A stretch of 39,810 nt of DNA from Actinomycetes bacterium (GCA_031413195.1 JANOEM010000147.1:1-39810); one strand, 5' to 3'; shown: positions 7,329 to 16,371, numbered from the stretch's first letter. The notes: generated from the letters alone by a model not told the origin. Translations and numbers: made by a program.

Positions 7329-9098
7329 ATGATCGGACGGCTCGGAATCTGGCGTCACCTCGTTGTTCTCCTCGTGATTGTCATCTGCTCGGTCTTGGCC
7401 CTGCTCGGCGTTATCGGCGGTCGGGGTGAGAGCTTCGACTCCAAGCAGATCACCGTGTCGCCAGCGGGTGGCGAAGGCATCAGCATTCGTGAAGTCGTCG
7501 ATCAAGACTTCGGCAACTCGAACCGGCACGGTTACGAGCGCAACATTCCGAATGATTTTGGCGTGCCCGTGAACGTCTCTGCGAGCTCGCCGACTGCAAA
7601 CGCCGACGTCGGGGTGAGCTCACCGAACTTCGGTGAAACCCGGATCAGGCTCGGTGATCCGGATCAGGAGTTCACCGGCCAACACCGGTACATCCTCGAT
7701 TACACACTTCCCAACGGGCAGCTGTCGACCGGCGTGCTCAACCTCGACATCATCGGTACAGAGGAAGAGCTGGAGACAGCCCGATTCGAAGTCGTCATCA
7801 CCGGGTTCGTGCTCCAGGACCCTATGTGCAACGTCGGTGGCGATGGCGATAGGGGTGGCTGCTCGCTCGAGCAGGTGGGCGACGACTACCGCGTCGTGTT
7901 CACTCCGCTCGCCGCCGGCGACGGTGTCACCATCGGCGGGCGAATCGTCGCGTACACCGAACCGGTGATCCCTGACCTTCCAGCGCTCCCTGCCAGCGCC
8001 CCTGATCGGCGGGTTGTGTTGGCCCTCGTGATGATCCCACTGGGCCTGCTCGGAGCGGGCGTCGTGTTCTTGATCGCGCGGCGGCGAGGCCGCAATGAGG
8101 TGTTCAGCGGCGGCGCCGTCGAGGCGGCGTACGGCGCTCTTCCGCCGCCGAGTGCCGGCGGCACGGCACCGAGTGTTTCGACGACTCTGGTTCCTGATTC
8201 GAAGATGGCGGAGATGACGACGATCGAGTTCGTTCCCCCGAAGGGATTGGATCCCTGGCAGGGAGCCGTCCTGCTCGAGGAACGAATCGACGACGGCACG
8301 GTTGCAGCGTGGTTCTCGGCGCTGGCTGCCGCAGGTGCGATCACGCTTCGTGACGACGACGGGGACCTCGTCATCGGCAGCGGTCCGCGTCGGGGTGAAC
8401 TCGATCCCTCGAATGGGGCCATGGTGGATCAGTTCATGGGCTCACGTTCGGAGATCAAACTTGGTTCGTACGATCCACAGTTTGCTGCGGCGTGGAATGC
8501 GGTCAGGGTTCAGCAGGGGTCGGTCATCGCCGCTTCGGGCTGGTGGAGGCGTGGTGCGCCTGGTTCCAGTCAAGCTTCTGCGGGGTTCCTGTTCCGGATG
8601 CTGATCCTCGCTTTTGTCTTCGTCTTCGTGGTTGGCGGCGGAGTGGTGACCGCTGGAGCGCTCGGACTCCTGCAGTCGCTGCCGGCGGCGCTCTTGATCG
8701 GTTTGCTCGCGCCGGTGATCACAGCTGTGGTCGTCTATTCGACGATGTTGGCTTCGCGGAGCGCAACCGGGTCGGCGCTCGCGTTGTTGACGGAGTCGTT
8801 CCGAAAGTTCCTCGAGGCCAGCGAAGGGCGCCATGTGGACTGGGCCTGGTCGCAGGGTCTGCTCCGCGAGTACAGCGCATGGGCGGTCGCGTTGGGCGCT
8901 GCCGACGCGTGGGGCAAGGCGTTGTCGAGCAGCGGTGTTCCAGCGTCGGAGTACGCGATGTCAAACCCCCTCCTGGTGCACAGCATGCACAGTTCGTTCG
9001 CCTCGAGTCATACCGCGCCGTCGTCGTCGGGCTCGGGTGGTTCCTCCGGCGGTGGCGTGGGTGGTGGCGGAGGTGGTGGAAGCTCGGGTTCGTGGTGA
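7329..9098 (+). CDS. DUF2207 family membrane protein
   Basis: N-terminal TM helix (LVVLLVIVICSVLALLGVIG). An extracytoplasmic domain with ISIREVVDQDFGNSNRHGYERNIP and HRYILDYTLPNG. Several internal TM helices. The family-typical Gly-rich tail SSGSGGSSGGGVGGGGGGGSSGSW. Confidence 0.8.
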   Translation: MIGRLGIWRHLVVLLVIVICSVLALLGVIGGRGESFDSKQITVSPAGGEGISIREVVDQDFGNSNRHGYERNIPNDFGVPVNVSASSPTANADVGVSSPNFGETRIRLGDPDQEFTGQHRYILDYTLPNGQLSTGVLNLDIIGTEEELETARFEVVITGFVLQDPMCNVGGDGDRGGCSLEQVGDDYRVVFTPLAAGDGVTIGGRIVAYTEPVIPDLPALPASAPDRRVVLALVMIPLGLLGAGVVFLIARRRGRNEVFSGGAVEAAYGALPPPSAGGTAPSVSTTLVPDSKMAEMTTIEFVPPKGLDPWQGAVLLEERIDDGTVAAWFSALAAAGAITLRDDDGDLVIGSGPRRGELDPSNGAMVDQFMGSRSEIKLGSYDPQFAAAWNAVRVQQGSVIAASGWWRRGAPGSSQASAGFLFRMLILAFVFVFVVGGGVVTAGALGLLQSLPAALLIGLLAPVITAVVVYSTMLASRSATGSALALLTESFRKFLEASEGRHVDWAWSQGLLREYSAWAVALGAADAWGKALSSSGVPASEYAMSNPLLVHSMHSSFASSHTAPSSSGSGGSSGGGVGGGGGGGSSGSW

Positions 9099-9174
9099 TC
9101 CCGGCATCGAAGCCGAGCGGCTAGCGTTTGGCCGGTCACATCGCAGTTGCCCATCGGTGCAATAGCCTGCGTCC

Positions 9175-10908
9175 GTGAATGACAGCGACAACACGACCGG
9201 CTTCGACGACCTCGGCCTTCGCCCGGAGTTGCTGAGCGCGCTCGCAGCGCTCGGGTACGAGGAACCGACCCCGATCCAACGCGAAACCATTCCTCATCTT
9301 CTCGCCGGGCGAGACCTGCTCGGCCAAGCAGCGACCGGTACCGGCAAGACCGCTGCGTTTGCCTTACCCATCTTGCAGCGCATTCCCGAAGGAAGCCGAC
9401 GGGCAGAGCCGATTGCGCTCGTGTTGGTTCCGACCCGAGAACTCGCAGTACAGGTTTCCGAGGCGTTGTACAAATATGGCAAGGACCTCGGTGCGAAGGT
9501 CGTGCCGATCTACGGCGGCCAGCCGATCTACCGCCAGCTCCAGGCACTCTCGAACGGCGTGCATGTGGTCGTCGCCACACCCGGGCGTGCACTCGATCAC
9601 ATCTCTCGCAACAGCCTGCCGCTCGACAACGTGCAGATGGTCGTACTCGACGAAGCCGACGAGATGCTGGACATGGGGTTCGCCGAGGACATCGAGGAGA
9701 TCCTCAAGTCTGTTCCGAAGCAGCGCCAGACGATCCTGTTCTCGGCCACCTTGCCGCCGCGGATCAACGGCATCGCAAAGCGCCATCTCGATGATCCAGT
9801 CAAGATCCAGATCGGCCTCGGCGAGACCAAACCGGGTAAATCACTGATCCGCCAGACCGTCTACGTCGTTCAACGAGCCCACAAGGCCGCCGCACTCGGA
9901 CGAATACTCGATGTAGAGGCGCCGACCGCCGCAATCGTGTTCTGCCGGACCCGGACCGAGGTCGACCAACTCACTGAGACCCTCAACGGCCGCGGGTACC
10001 GCGCCGAAGCACTGCACGGTGGTCTGAGTCAGGAATCCAGGGACCGAGTAATGGCAAGGCTCCGTGCCGGCACAACAGAGCTGCTGGTGGCAACCGATGT
10101 CGCCGCTCGCGGTTTGGACATCGACCAACTGACCCATGTCGTCAACTTCGACGTGCCGTCAGCGCCTGAATCGTACGTGCATCGAATCGGTCGTGTCGGC
10201 CGCGCTGGGCGCGAGGGTGTCGCGATCACTCTCGCCGAGCCCAAGGAGCAGCGGTTGCTGGCGAACATCGAACGCTTGACGAAGCAGAAGATCGCGGTCG
10301 AGAAGGTGCCGACGGTCGCGGATCTGCGTGCAGTTCAGATCGAGCAGACACTGGATCTGCTGCGCGAGGCACTCAAGCTGGAAGATCTCGACAAGTTCGA
10401 GACGGTGGTCGACGTGCTGACGCAAGACTTCGACATCCGTGAGATCGCGCTTGCAGCGGTGAAGCTGACCCATGAAGCCAGCGGTGCGACGGTTGATGAC
10501 AAGGAGATTCCCGATGCGTCGCAGCGTCTCGACCGTGATCGCAAGGACCGCGCGGACAAAGGTGGCAAGTTCGACAAGCGCCGCCCGGACAGCGGCAGCG
10601 ACCACCCGCGCAGCGCGGGGGAGTTCGCGAAGAGCGGTCGGGGCGCCGAGCGGCCTCGCCACGACAGCGGCGAGACTGCCCGCTTGTACGTCAGCCTCGG
10701 TCGCAAGGACGGAATCCGCCCGGGCGACTTGGTCGGGGCAATCGCTAACGAGACGAATCTCAGTGGCCGCGAGATCGGTCCGATCAAGCTCGCCGAACGG
10801 TTTGCTGTCGTCGGGGTGCCCGAATGGGCCGCCGATGACGTGATCGAAGCTCTGCGACGGACGACCTTGAAGAACCAGAAGGCAACCGTTCGCCGCTACA
10901 GCGACTGA
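9175..10908 (+). CDS. deaD: DEAD-box ATP-dependent RNA helicase with a DbpA-type C-terminal RNA-binding domain (DeaD/CsdA-like)
   Basis: Q-motif region FDDLGL...GYEEPTPIQ, motif I AATGTGKT, motif II VLDEADEML, SAT, and HRIGRVGRAGR. A basic linker follows, then the DbpA-like domain ARLYVSLGRKDGIRPGDLVGAIANE. GTG start. Confidence 0.9.
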   Translation: MNDSDNTTGFDDLGLRPELLSALAALGYEEPTPIQRETIPHLLAGRDLLGQAATGTGKTAAFALPILQRIPEGSRRAEPIALVLVPTRELAVQVSEALYKYGKDLGAKVVPIYGGQPIYRQLQALSNGVHVVVATPGRALDHISRNSLPLDNVQMVVLDEADEMLDMGFAEDIEEILKSVPKQRQTILFSATLPPRINGIAKRHLDDPVKIQIGLGETKPGKSLIRQTVYVVQRAHKAAALGRILDVEAPTAAIVFCRTRTEVDQLTETLNGRGYRAEALHGGLSQESRDRVMARLRAGTTELLVATDVAARGLDIDQLTHVVNFDVPSAPESYVHRIGRVGRAGREGVAITLAEPKEQRLLANIERLTKQKIAVEKVPTVADLRAVQIEQTLDLLREALKLEDLDKFETVVDVLTQDFDIREIALAAVKLTHEASGATVDDKEIPDASQRLDRDRKDRADKGGKFDKRRPDSGSDHPRSAGEFAKSGRGAERPRHDSGETARLYVSLGRKDGIRPGDLVGAIANETNLSGREIGPIKLAERFAVVGVPEWAADDVIEALRRTTLKNQKATVRRYSD

Positions 10909-10955
10909 GCCGCCTCGGTGGTTCGCTGATCTGCTCGACGATCGCGAGCGAGGAG

Positions 10956-12182
10956 CTACATCCGTTCGATGATGGTCGCAGTGCCCATCCCGCCGCCGGT
11001 GCACATCGTGACCAGCCCGGTGGACAGATCCCGGCGCTCCAACTCGTCGAGCAGGGTTCCGATCAGCATCCCGCCGGTTGCCCCGATCGGGTGCCCCAGC
11101 GCCATCGCGCCGCCGTTCACGTTGACCTTGTCCCAGTCGACCCCGGTGTCGCGCAAGAACTTCAGAACCACCGCTGCGAAGGCCTCGTTGACCTCGAACA
11201 GGTCGATGTCGCCGAACGACATCCCGGCCTTGTCCACACATCGCGACGCAGCGGGTCCGGGTGCCGTCAGCATGATCACCGGTTCCGTGCCGGCGACGGC
11301 CGTCATCACGATTCGGGCCCGCGGGGTCATGCCATGCGCCTTGGCATAGTCCGGTGACGCCACCAACACTGCGGAGGCGCCATCGACGACACCTGATGAG
11401 TTGCCGGCGTGATGCACGTGGTTGATCGCGGCAACCTCGGGATATGCCAGCAACGCCGTTTGGTCGATGGTCAGTTCCGTGCCCTTGGGTACGTGCGCAC
11501 CCATCTGGGCGAAACTCGGTGACAGCTTGGCGAGATCGGTCATGGTCGTTCCTGACCGAGGGAACTCGTCGTGGTCGAGGGCGAGCGACCCGTCGTCGTG
11601 ATGGATCGCGACCAGCGAACGATCGAAACGGCCCTCGCCGATGGCCGCCTGGGCCCGGGTCTGGCTGTTGACCGCGAGCAGGTCGCACTCCTCACGGCTG
11701 AAGCCCTCGATGGTGGCAATCAGGTCGGCCGAGATGCCCTGGCCAACCATGTTGTACTGATCGCGCAGATGCGGGTTGTTCGCAGTGAATCCGTCTACGT
11801 GCATCGGTGATGGTCGAGACATCGACTCGATCCCGCCGCCGACGACGAGGTCCTGGAAACCCGAGAGCACACCCATCGCTGCGAAATTGACCGCCTGCTG
11901 GCCCGAACCGCAGAAGCGGTTCAGCGTGACGCCTGGCGCGTCCAGCGACCATCCGGCATCGAGGGCTGCCATCCGAGCGATGTCCATCGAGTGGTCGCCG
12001 CTGCCGGCACCGCAGCCCATGATCACGTCATCGACATCGGCGGTGTCGAAACCGTTGCGGTCGCGGAGCGCATTGAGGATCTGGGCCAAGATCCGTTGGG
12101 GGTGAACGGAGTGGAGAGAACCGGTCTCCTTGCCCTTGCCCCGGGGGGACCGGACAGCGTCGATGATCCAGGCTTCGGTCAT
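10956..12182 (-). CDS. Thiolase (acetyl-CoA C-acetyl/acyltransferase)
   Basis: 408 aa. Nucleophile region LNRFCGSGQQAV, NEAFA, and the C-terminal catalytic block GHPIGATG ... CTGGGMGTATIIE. Confidence 0.9.
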   Translation of the reverse strand: MTEAWIIDAVRSPRGKGKETGSLHSVHPQRILAQILNALRDRNGFDTADVDDVIMGCGAGSGDHSMDIARMAALDAGWSLDAPGVTLNRFCGSGQQAVNFAAMGVLSGFQDLVVGGGIESMSRPSPMHVDGFTANNPHLRDQYNMVGQGISADLIATIEGFSREECDLLAVNSQTRAQAAIGEGRFDRSLVAIHHDDGSLALDHDEFPRSGTTMTDLAKLSPSFAQMGAHVPKGTELTIDQTALLAYPEVAAINHVHHAGNSSGVVDGASAVLVASPDYAKAHGMTPRARIVMTAVAGTEPVIMLTAPGPAASRCVDKAGMSFGDIDLFEVNEAFAAVVLKFLRDTGVDWDKVNVNGGAMALGHPIGATGGMLIGTLLDELERRDLSTGLVTMCTGGGMGTATIIERM

Positions 12183-12233
12183 GGCTGTGGCCCCGTTCCA
12201 AACGTGTCGAAGGTCGACTTCTCGACGACGAAC

Positions 12234-12557
12234 CTACTGTTTCGGCGGCCGGCTCCTTGGACCGGGCGATGCGAGCAGGTCGGCGTATTCGGGGTGCGCG
12301 TCGATGTACTGGGCGACGTACCAGCACTGAGGGATGACGCTCGATCCCGCGAATCGAGCGTCGTCGAGAGCTCGCTTCACAACTCGCCCGGCGAGGCCCC
12401 GACCGCGCATCTCGGGGACGGTCACGGTGTGGGTGAAGGTGATCACGTCAGCATCCACGTCGTACTCGACGTAGCCGCCTCGGATCCCGTCGACGTAGAT
12501 GTCGTATCGACTGAAATCTGGTTCGTGGACGATGCGGGTTCCGTTGGTTTCCGTCAT
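12234..12557 (-). CDS. Small GNAT-fold N-acetyltransferase (YjdJ-type)
   Basis: ATG at 12557 gives 107 aa, MTETNGTRIVHEPDFSRYDIYVDG...FTHTVTVPEMRGRGLAGRVVKRALDDAR...VIPQCWYVAQYIDAHPEY, the typical single-domain YjdJ pattern. The 86 upstream codons of the track ORF are Arg/His-rich and look non-coding. Confidence 0.75.
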   Translation of the reverse strand: MTETNGTRIVHEPDFSRYDIYVDGIRGGYVEYDVDADVITFTHTVTVPEMRGRGLAGRVVKRALDDARFAGSSVIPQCWYVAQYIDAHPEYADLLASPGPRSRPPKQ

Positions 12558-12583
12558 CGCTGTTCCCCTGTCGGCCGGACCGG

Positions 12584-13057
12584 CTACAGGTCGAGCCGGT
12601 AGAGAGGGTCCCCGGCACGCTCGAGACCGGTCGGGCGGAATCCCATCGGCTCGTACAACCGACGGGCAACGGAGTTGTCGCTGTCGACGGTGAGCGTGAT
12701 GCCGCGACACGCAGGCAGTGTGCGCCGGATGTGGTCGATGATGATGGTCATGGCCATTCTCCCGAGACCCCGCCCTTGGGAATCGATATCGATCAGGAGA
12801 TGCAACACTTCGCACTCGGCGGGCTCGATCGGGTGGGCGAGAGTCACGAGGCCAATCATCTCGGCGTGGTTCAAGATAGCGAGCGGCTTCCAGACCAGAC
12901 CGCCTGGGCGAACGTACGCCTTGGCGAGGCTGACCAATGCCACCGGCTGGTAGTCCGCAACGAATCGCAGTTGTTCCGGCGACACACGGACGCCCAACGC
13001 AGCGCGCCAGTTCGAGCTGTCAATATCGACGAGTCTCAGTCGCGGCGGTTGATCCAC
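12584..13057 (-). CDS. GNAT family N-acetyltransferase (diamine/spermidine acetyltransferase-like); start uncertain
   Basis: LRLVDIDSSNWRAALGVRVSPEQLRFVADYQPVALVSLAKAY and the acetyl-CoA motif QGRGLGRMAM. GTG 13057 gives a family-typical 157 aa. The track ORF runs on to ATG 13171, which forms an ATGA overlap with the VOC stop. That extension crosses a 28-bp tandem repeat read in two different frames, which argues against it being coding. Confidence 0.7.
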   Translation of the reverse strand: MDQPPRLRLVDIDSSNWRAALGVRVSPEQLRFVADYQPVALVSLAKAYVRPGGLVWKPLAILNHAEMIGLVTLAHPIEPAECEVLHLLIDIDSQGRGLGRMAMTIIIDHIRRTLPACRGITLTVDSDNSVARRLYEPMGFRPTGLERAGDPLYRLDL

Positions 13058-13102
13058 CGCGACACCGTACCGCTCCGCCGCGAACCGGGCACGCGTCGAC
13101 CG

Positions 13103-13154
13103 ATCGGATGATTTCCGTCCCGCCCGACCTATCGGATGATTCCCGTCCCACCCG
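13103..13154. repeat. Imperfect 24-bp direct repeat at 28-bp spacing (atcggatgattYccgtcccRcccg, two copies)
   Basis: The copies at 13103-13126 and 13131-13154 match at 22/24 positions. They lie between the VOC stop and the likely GNAT start. Confidence 0.8.
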
Positions 13155-13167
13155 GGCGGGATGCACA

Positions 13168-13554
13168 TCATCCAACGGGTCTGGTGGGCGGAAGCGAGCG
13201 GACGAAGCAGAACGGGTGCCCGGCAGGGTCGATGAACACAACGAAACTCGGATCCGGCTGGAAGTCGGCGCGCCGTGCGCCGAGTGCCAGGACCCGCTCA
13301 GTGGCGAGCACGAGGTCGTCGACAGCGAAATCGAGGTGGGCCTGCTGGGGGTGACCGGGGTCGGGCCAGTTCGGCGGCACATGGTCGGTCGCGAGCTGGA
13401 AGGCCAACGTGGCCCCGCCGCTGCTTCCGAGTACGATCCAGTCCGGTTCGTCAATCACGATCGGCCATCCGGTGATCGCGCCGTAAAACGCAGCGAGCCG
13501 ATGGGGATCCCTGCAGTCGAGTGCGACCAGGGCAAACGTGGCGATGGCGGTCAT
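13168..13554 (-). CDS. VOC (glyoxalase/bleomycin-resistance/dioxygenase) family protein
   Basis: 128 aa. FALVALDCRDPHRLAAFYGAITGW ... HLDFAVDD ... VFIDPAGHPFCF is the typical beta-alpha-beta-beta-beta VOC pattern with metal-ligand His/Glu-type positions. Confidence 0.8.
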   Translation of the reverse strand: MTAIATFALVALDCRDPHRLAAFYGAITGWPIVIDEPDWIVLGSSGGATLAFQLATDHVPPNWPDPGHPQQAHLDFAVDDLVLATERVLALGARRADFQPDPSFVVFIDPAGHPFCFVRSLPPTRPVG

Positions 13555-13598
13555 CGGCAGAGTCTAGGAACAACATCGACAGCGCTGACCACAGATCG

Positions 13599-14390
13599 TC
13601 AGCGGCGATACGTCGACACACGCATGTCGATGGTCACCGTCGTGAGCGAAACGGCGATCTCTTCGCGGCGTTCCGCCGAGGTCGACCACCAAAACGGAGT
13701 CATGTGGAGCAGGGCCAATCGCTGGGTGGGATCGGCGAGCGGCGCCACGAACGAGACGGGCTCTTTGCAATCAGGGGGCTGGTCGTGCGGGTCCGCAGCT
13801 GAGTGCGGTCGCGCGTCGTCGTAGATGCTGTCCTTGAGCTCACGCAGATGATCGGGACCCGGCGTGACCACGATCGCAATTCCAGCCGGTCGCAGCACCC
13901 GCCGCATCTCGGTCAGGTCACGCGGCGCGAAGACGCTGAGCACGACATCGAACAGTTCGTCCTGAAAGGGCAGGGCATAGCTCGAGGCCACTGCGTAGCG
14001 GTGTTCCGCTGTGCGGCGAGCGGCGAGCTGCACAGCCGACCGAGAGATGTCGATACCCCACCCGGACGCTTCCGCCAGGTACGTCGCGGCGGCCAAGTAG
14101 GTACCTTCGCCGCAGCCCGAATCGAGGATGAACCGGGGCGAGACTTCTGCCGTGAGGGCAGCGATCCGGTTGATGATCGGTCGGTAGAGACCGGAGTCGA
14201 AGATCTGCCGTCTCGCCCGAACCATCTCGTCGTCGTCCCCGGCCCGGCGCCCCTTGAGGCGACCGCCGGGCAGCAGGTTGACATAGCCCTCCTTGGCCCG
14301 GTCGAATGCATGCCCCGATTCGCACCGAAAGCTGATCAGTGACTCGGTCAGCGGTGCTGTGCAGTGCGGACAACGAAAGGAGGGCGTCAC
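13599..14390 (-). CDS. rlmA: 23S rRNA (guanine-N1)-methyltransferase, RlmA/RrmA family
   Basis: N-terminal zinc motif FRCPHCTAPL...FRCESGHAFDRAKEGYVNLLP closely parallels E. coli RlmA (CPLC...CPQRHQFDMAKEGYVNLLP). The SAM motif ILDSGCGEGTY follows. Confidence 0.85.
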   Translation of the reverse strand: MTPSFRCPHCTAPLTESLISFRCESGHAFDRAKEGYVNLLPGGRLKGRRAGDDDEMVRARRQIFDSGLYRPIINRIAALTAEVSPRFILDSGCGEGTYLAAATYLAEASGWGIDISRSAVQLAARRTAEHRYAVASSYALPFQDELFDVVLSVFAPRDLTEMRRVLRPAGIAIVVTPGPDHLRELKDSIYDDARPHSAADPHDQPPDCKEPVSFVAPLADPTQRLALLHMTPFWWSTSAERREEIAVSLTTVTIDMRVSTYRR

Positions 14391-14426
14391 GTCAGCAATG
14401 TAGTCGGAGCGACAAGCACCAAAGCC

Positions 14427-14455
14427 TTGTCAGAGAAACTGACAATTGTTAGTCT
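14427..14455 (+). promoter_or_regulatory. Candidate sigma-A-type promoter (TTGTCA, 17 nt, TAGTCT) with an embedded perfect palindrome TTGTCAG-agaaa-CTGACAA
   Basis: -35 at 14427-14432 and -10 at 14450-14455. The 7-bp inverted repeat arms lie at 14427-14433 and 14439-14445. The site is in the 145-bp divergent gap between rlmA and the dehalogenase fusion, about 80 nt before ATG 14536. Confidence 0.4.
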
Positions 14456-14535
14456 CGCGGGATGGCAGATGAGCCAACCCCGAACGGCCCGAACGAGGAT
14501 CACCCGGTCAGTACGAGGGCTGCGAGAACCGGTTC

Positions 14536-16257
14536 ATGACCAGCGTCGAGGTGCTCCGCACCGCCGACGATCGGTTCGAGGGGCTGCAGGGTTGGCCCTT
14601 CGAGCCGCGCTACCGCGTCGTGACTTCCGACGACGGCACAGAACTGCGAATGGCGTTCGTCGATGAAGGGCCAGTCACGGCATCACCGGTTCTGTTGCTC
14701 CACGGCAATCCGTCGTGGTCGTACCTCCATCGCCGGATGATCGAAGGACTCGCGGCGCTCGGCCATCGAGTCGTGGCTCTCGACCTCGTCGGCCTGGGTA
14801 GATCCGACAAGCCGTCGGACCCGAACTACTACACGCTGGCTCGACACGTGGACTGGGTCGGGCAGTGGCTCGTCGCCGAGGATCTGGCGGACATCACGTT
14901 GTACTGCCAGGACTGGGGTGGCACCATCGGGCTCAACGTCGTCCGGTTGCACCCCGACCGCTTCGCGCGGATCATCGTGTCCAACACCGGTCTGCCCGTC
15001 GGTGATGGTGTGAACGCGTTCATGAAGGCATGGCTCGACCACAGCCAGTCGGTCCCGTCACTCGACGTCGGCGCGCTTGTCGCTGGTGGGACCACCCGCA
15101 CCTTGTCGGTCGATGAGCGACGCGCTTACGACGCGCCGTTCCCCGATGCTTCCTACCAGGCCGGAATCAAACAGTTCCCGCTGCTCATCGCCCTCCAACC
15201 GGACAACCCGGGCGTGCCGTTGAATCGGGAGACCTGGTCGTTCCTCGCGACATGGACGAAACCGTTGTTGACCGTGTTCGGTTCCGAGGATGCTGTTGCG
15301 TTCAAGCCGGGAGCTCATCGGCGGTTCCAATCAGGGGTGCCAGGAGCCGCTGGCATGCCGCATCGGGTCGTCGGCGGAGCCAACCACTTCATCCAAGAGG
15401 ATGCTTCTGACGAACTGGTGCGAATCATCGACGCATTCATCGCGGGTTTCACCGACAAGGACCGGGTGATCGCGCTGCTACGAGAGGAATGGCGGGTCCT
15501 CAACGACCTGCTCGGTCGACTTTCACCCGAAGAGTGGGTCGCTCCGGCGTTACCGAGTTGGAGTGTTCACGATGTCGTTGCCCACATCGTCGGAATGGAA
15601 CGCACCCTGCGTGGCGATGCCGGACCGGACATGCCGGTCGATCTTGACAAACGCGGGCACGTACTGAACGAGCAAGGGCGACTGAACGAGGCCTGGATCG
15701 AGCACTACCGACGGCGAACCCACGACCAGCTCCATGGCGACTTCCTCACCGTGACGACCGAACGGCTCGAGGCAATCGAGGCCATGAGCGTCGAACAGTT
15801 CGAGGCGCCGGCACAAACCCCGATCGGCGATGGGACCTACGCACGATTCATGCAGGTGCGAGTGTTCGACTGCTGGATGCACGAGCAGGACATTCGGGCG
15901 GCGATCGATCGACCCGGTCACGAACGGGGCCTCGTGGCGGAGGAGGCGCTTGCAGAGGTCGCAACTGCGCTCGGCTACATCGTCGGCAAGCGTGCCGGCG
16001 CGCCGGATGGGTCGTCGGTCACGATTCGCTTGTCCGGACATATCGGTCGCACGTTTCACGTGAAGGTCGACGGCAAGGCGCGCCAAGTCGCACGTCTCGA
16101 CTCGCCGGCGACAGCGACCATCTCCATGGCGGGTCCGCTGTTCATGCGTCTGGCAGGCGGGCGAATCGAGGCGGCCGAAGTGCTCGATCAGATCGAACTC
16201 GGTGGCGATGTCGAACTCGCAGGTCGTGTCGCCTCGAACCTCGCCTACACGATCTAG
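14536..16257 (+). CDS. Fusion protein: HLD-I haloalkane dehalogenase (alpha/beta hydrolase) plus a mycothiol-dependent maleylpyruvate-isomerase-type DinB domain with an SCP2-like C-terminus
   Basis: aa 1-300 align by eye with DhlA: LLLHGNPSWSYLHRRM, nucleophile block LYCQDWGG, AYDAPFPDASYQAGIKQFP, and catalytic His in GANHFIQED. aa 305-573 carry EEWVAPALPSWSVHDVVAHIVGMERTL (DinB/TIGR03083-like metal-binding His) and a C-terminal sterol-carrier-like segment. Confidence 0.8.
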   Translation: MTSVEVLRTADDRFEGLQGWPFEPRYRVVTSDDGTELRMAFVDEGPVTASPVLLLHGNPSWSYLHRRMIEGLAALGHRVVALDLVGLGRSDKPSDPNYYTLARHVDWVGQWLVAEDLADITLYCQDWGGTIGLNVVRLHPDRFARIIVSNTGLPVGDGVNAFMKAWLDHSQSVPSLDVGALVAGGTTRTLSVDERRAYDAPFPDASYQAGIKQFPLLIALQPDNPGVPLNRETWSFLATWTKPLLTVFGSEDAVAFKPGAHRRFQSGVPGAAGMPHRVVGGANHFIQEDASDELVRIIDAFIAGFTDKDRVIALLREEWRVLNDLLGRLSPEEWVAPALPSWSVHDVVAHIVGMERTLRGDAGPDMPVDLDKRGHVLNEQGRLNEAWIEHYRRRTHDQLHGDFLTVTTERLEAIEAMSVEQFEAPAQTPIGDGTYARFMQVRVFDCWMHEQDIRAAIDRPGHERGLVAEEALAEVATALGYIVGKRAGAPDGSSVTIRLSGHIGRTFHVKVDGKARQVARLDSPATATISMAGPLFMRLAGGRIEAAEVLDQIELGGDVELAGRVASNLAYTI

Positions 16258-16318
16258 CAGCGCCTCGCGAATGGCTCGCGCTCAGGCGGCCGATCGGGTG
16301 TGTGATGGTCCGTTGGCC

Positions 16319-16368
16319 GAACTGAATGTCTCAACCGAACATATTTGCGCGATTGAGGCATTCAGTTC
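16319..16368. other. Long hairpin: 16-bp arms (15/16 paired) with an 18-nt A/T-rich loop
   Basis: gaactgaatgtctcaa (16319-16334) is complementary to ttgaggcattcagttc (16353-16368). It lies 62 nt after the dehalogenase-fusion stop. There is no U-tract. It could be a terminator, or part of the modA leader. Confidence 0.5.
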
Positions 16369-16371
16369 GCT

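Noticed and set aside
10159-11688. 509-aa minus-strand ORF spanning the helicase 3' end and the thiolase
   Set aside because: Composition is extremely Arg/Gly/Pro-rich. It overlaps two well-supported genes in other frames, so it is spurious.
12183-12233. Imperfect palindrome around GTCGAC (tcgaaggtcgacttctcga) upstream of the thiolase, as a possible FadR/TetR operator
   Set aside because: The half-sites match poorly once the central GTCGAC is removed, and no regulator gene is nearby. The evidence is too weak to call.
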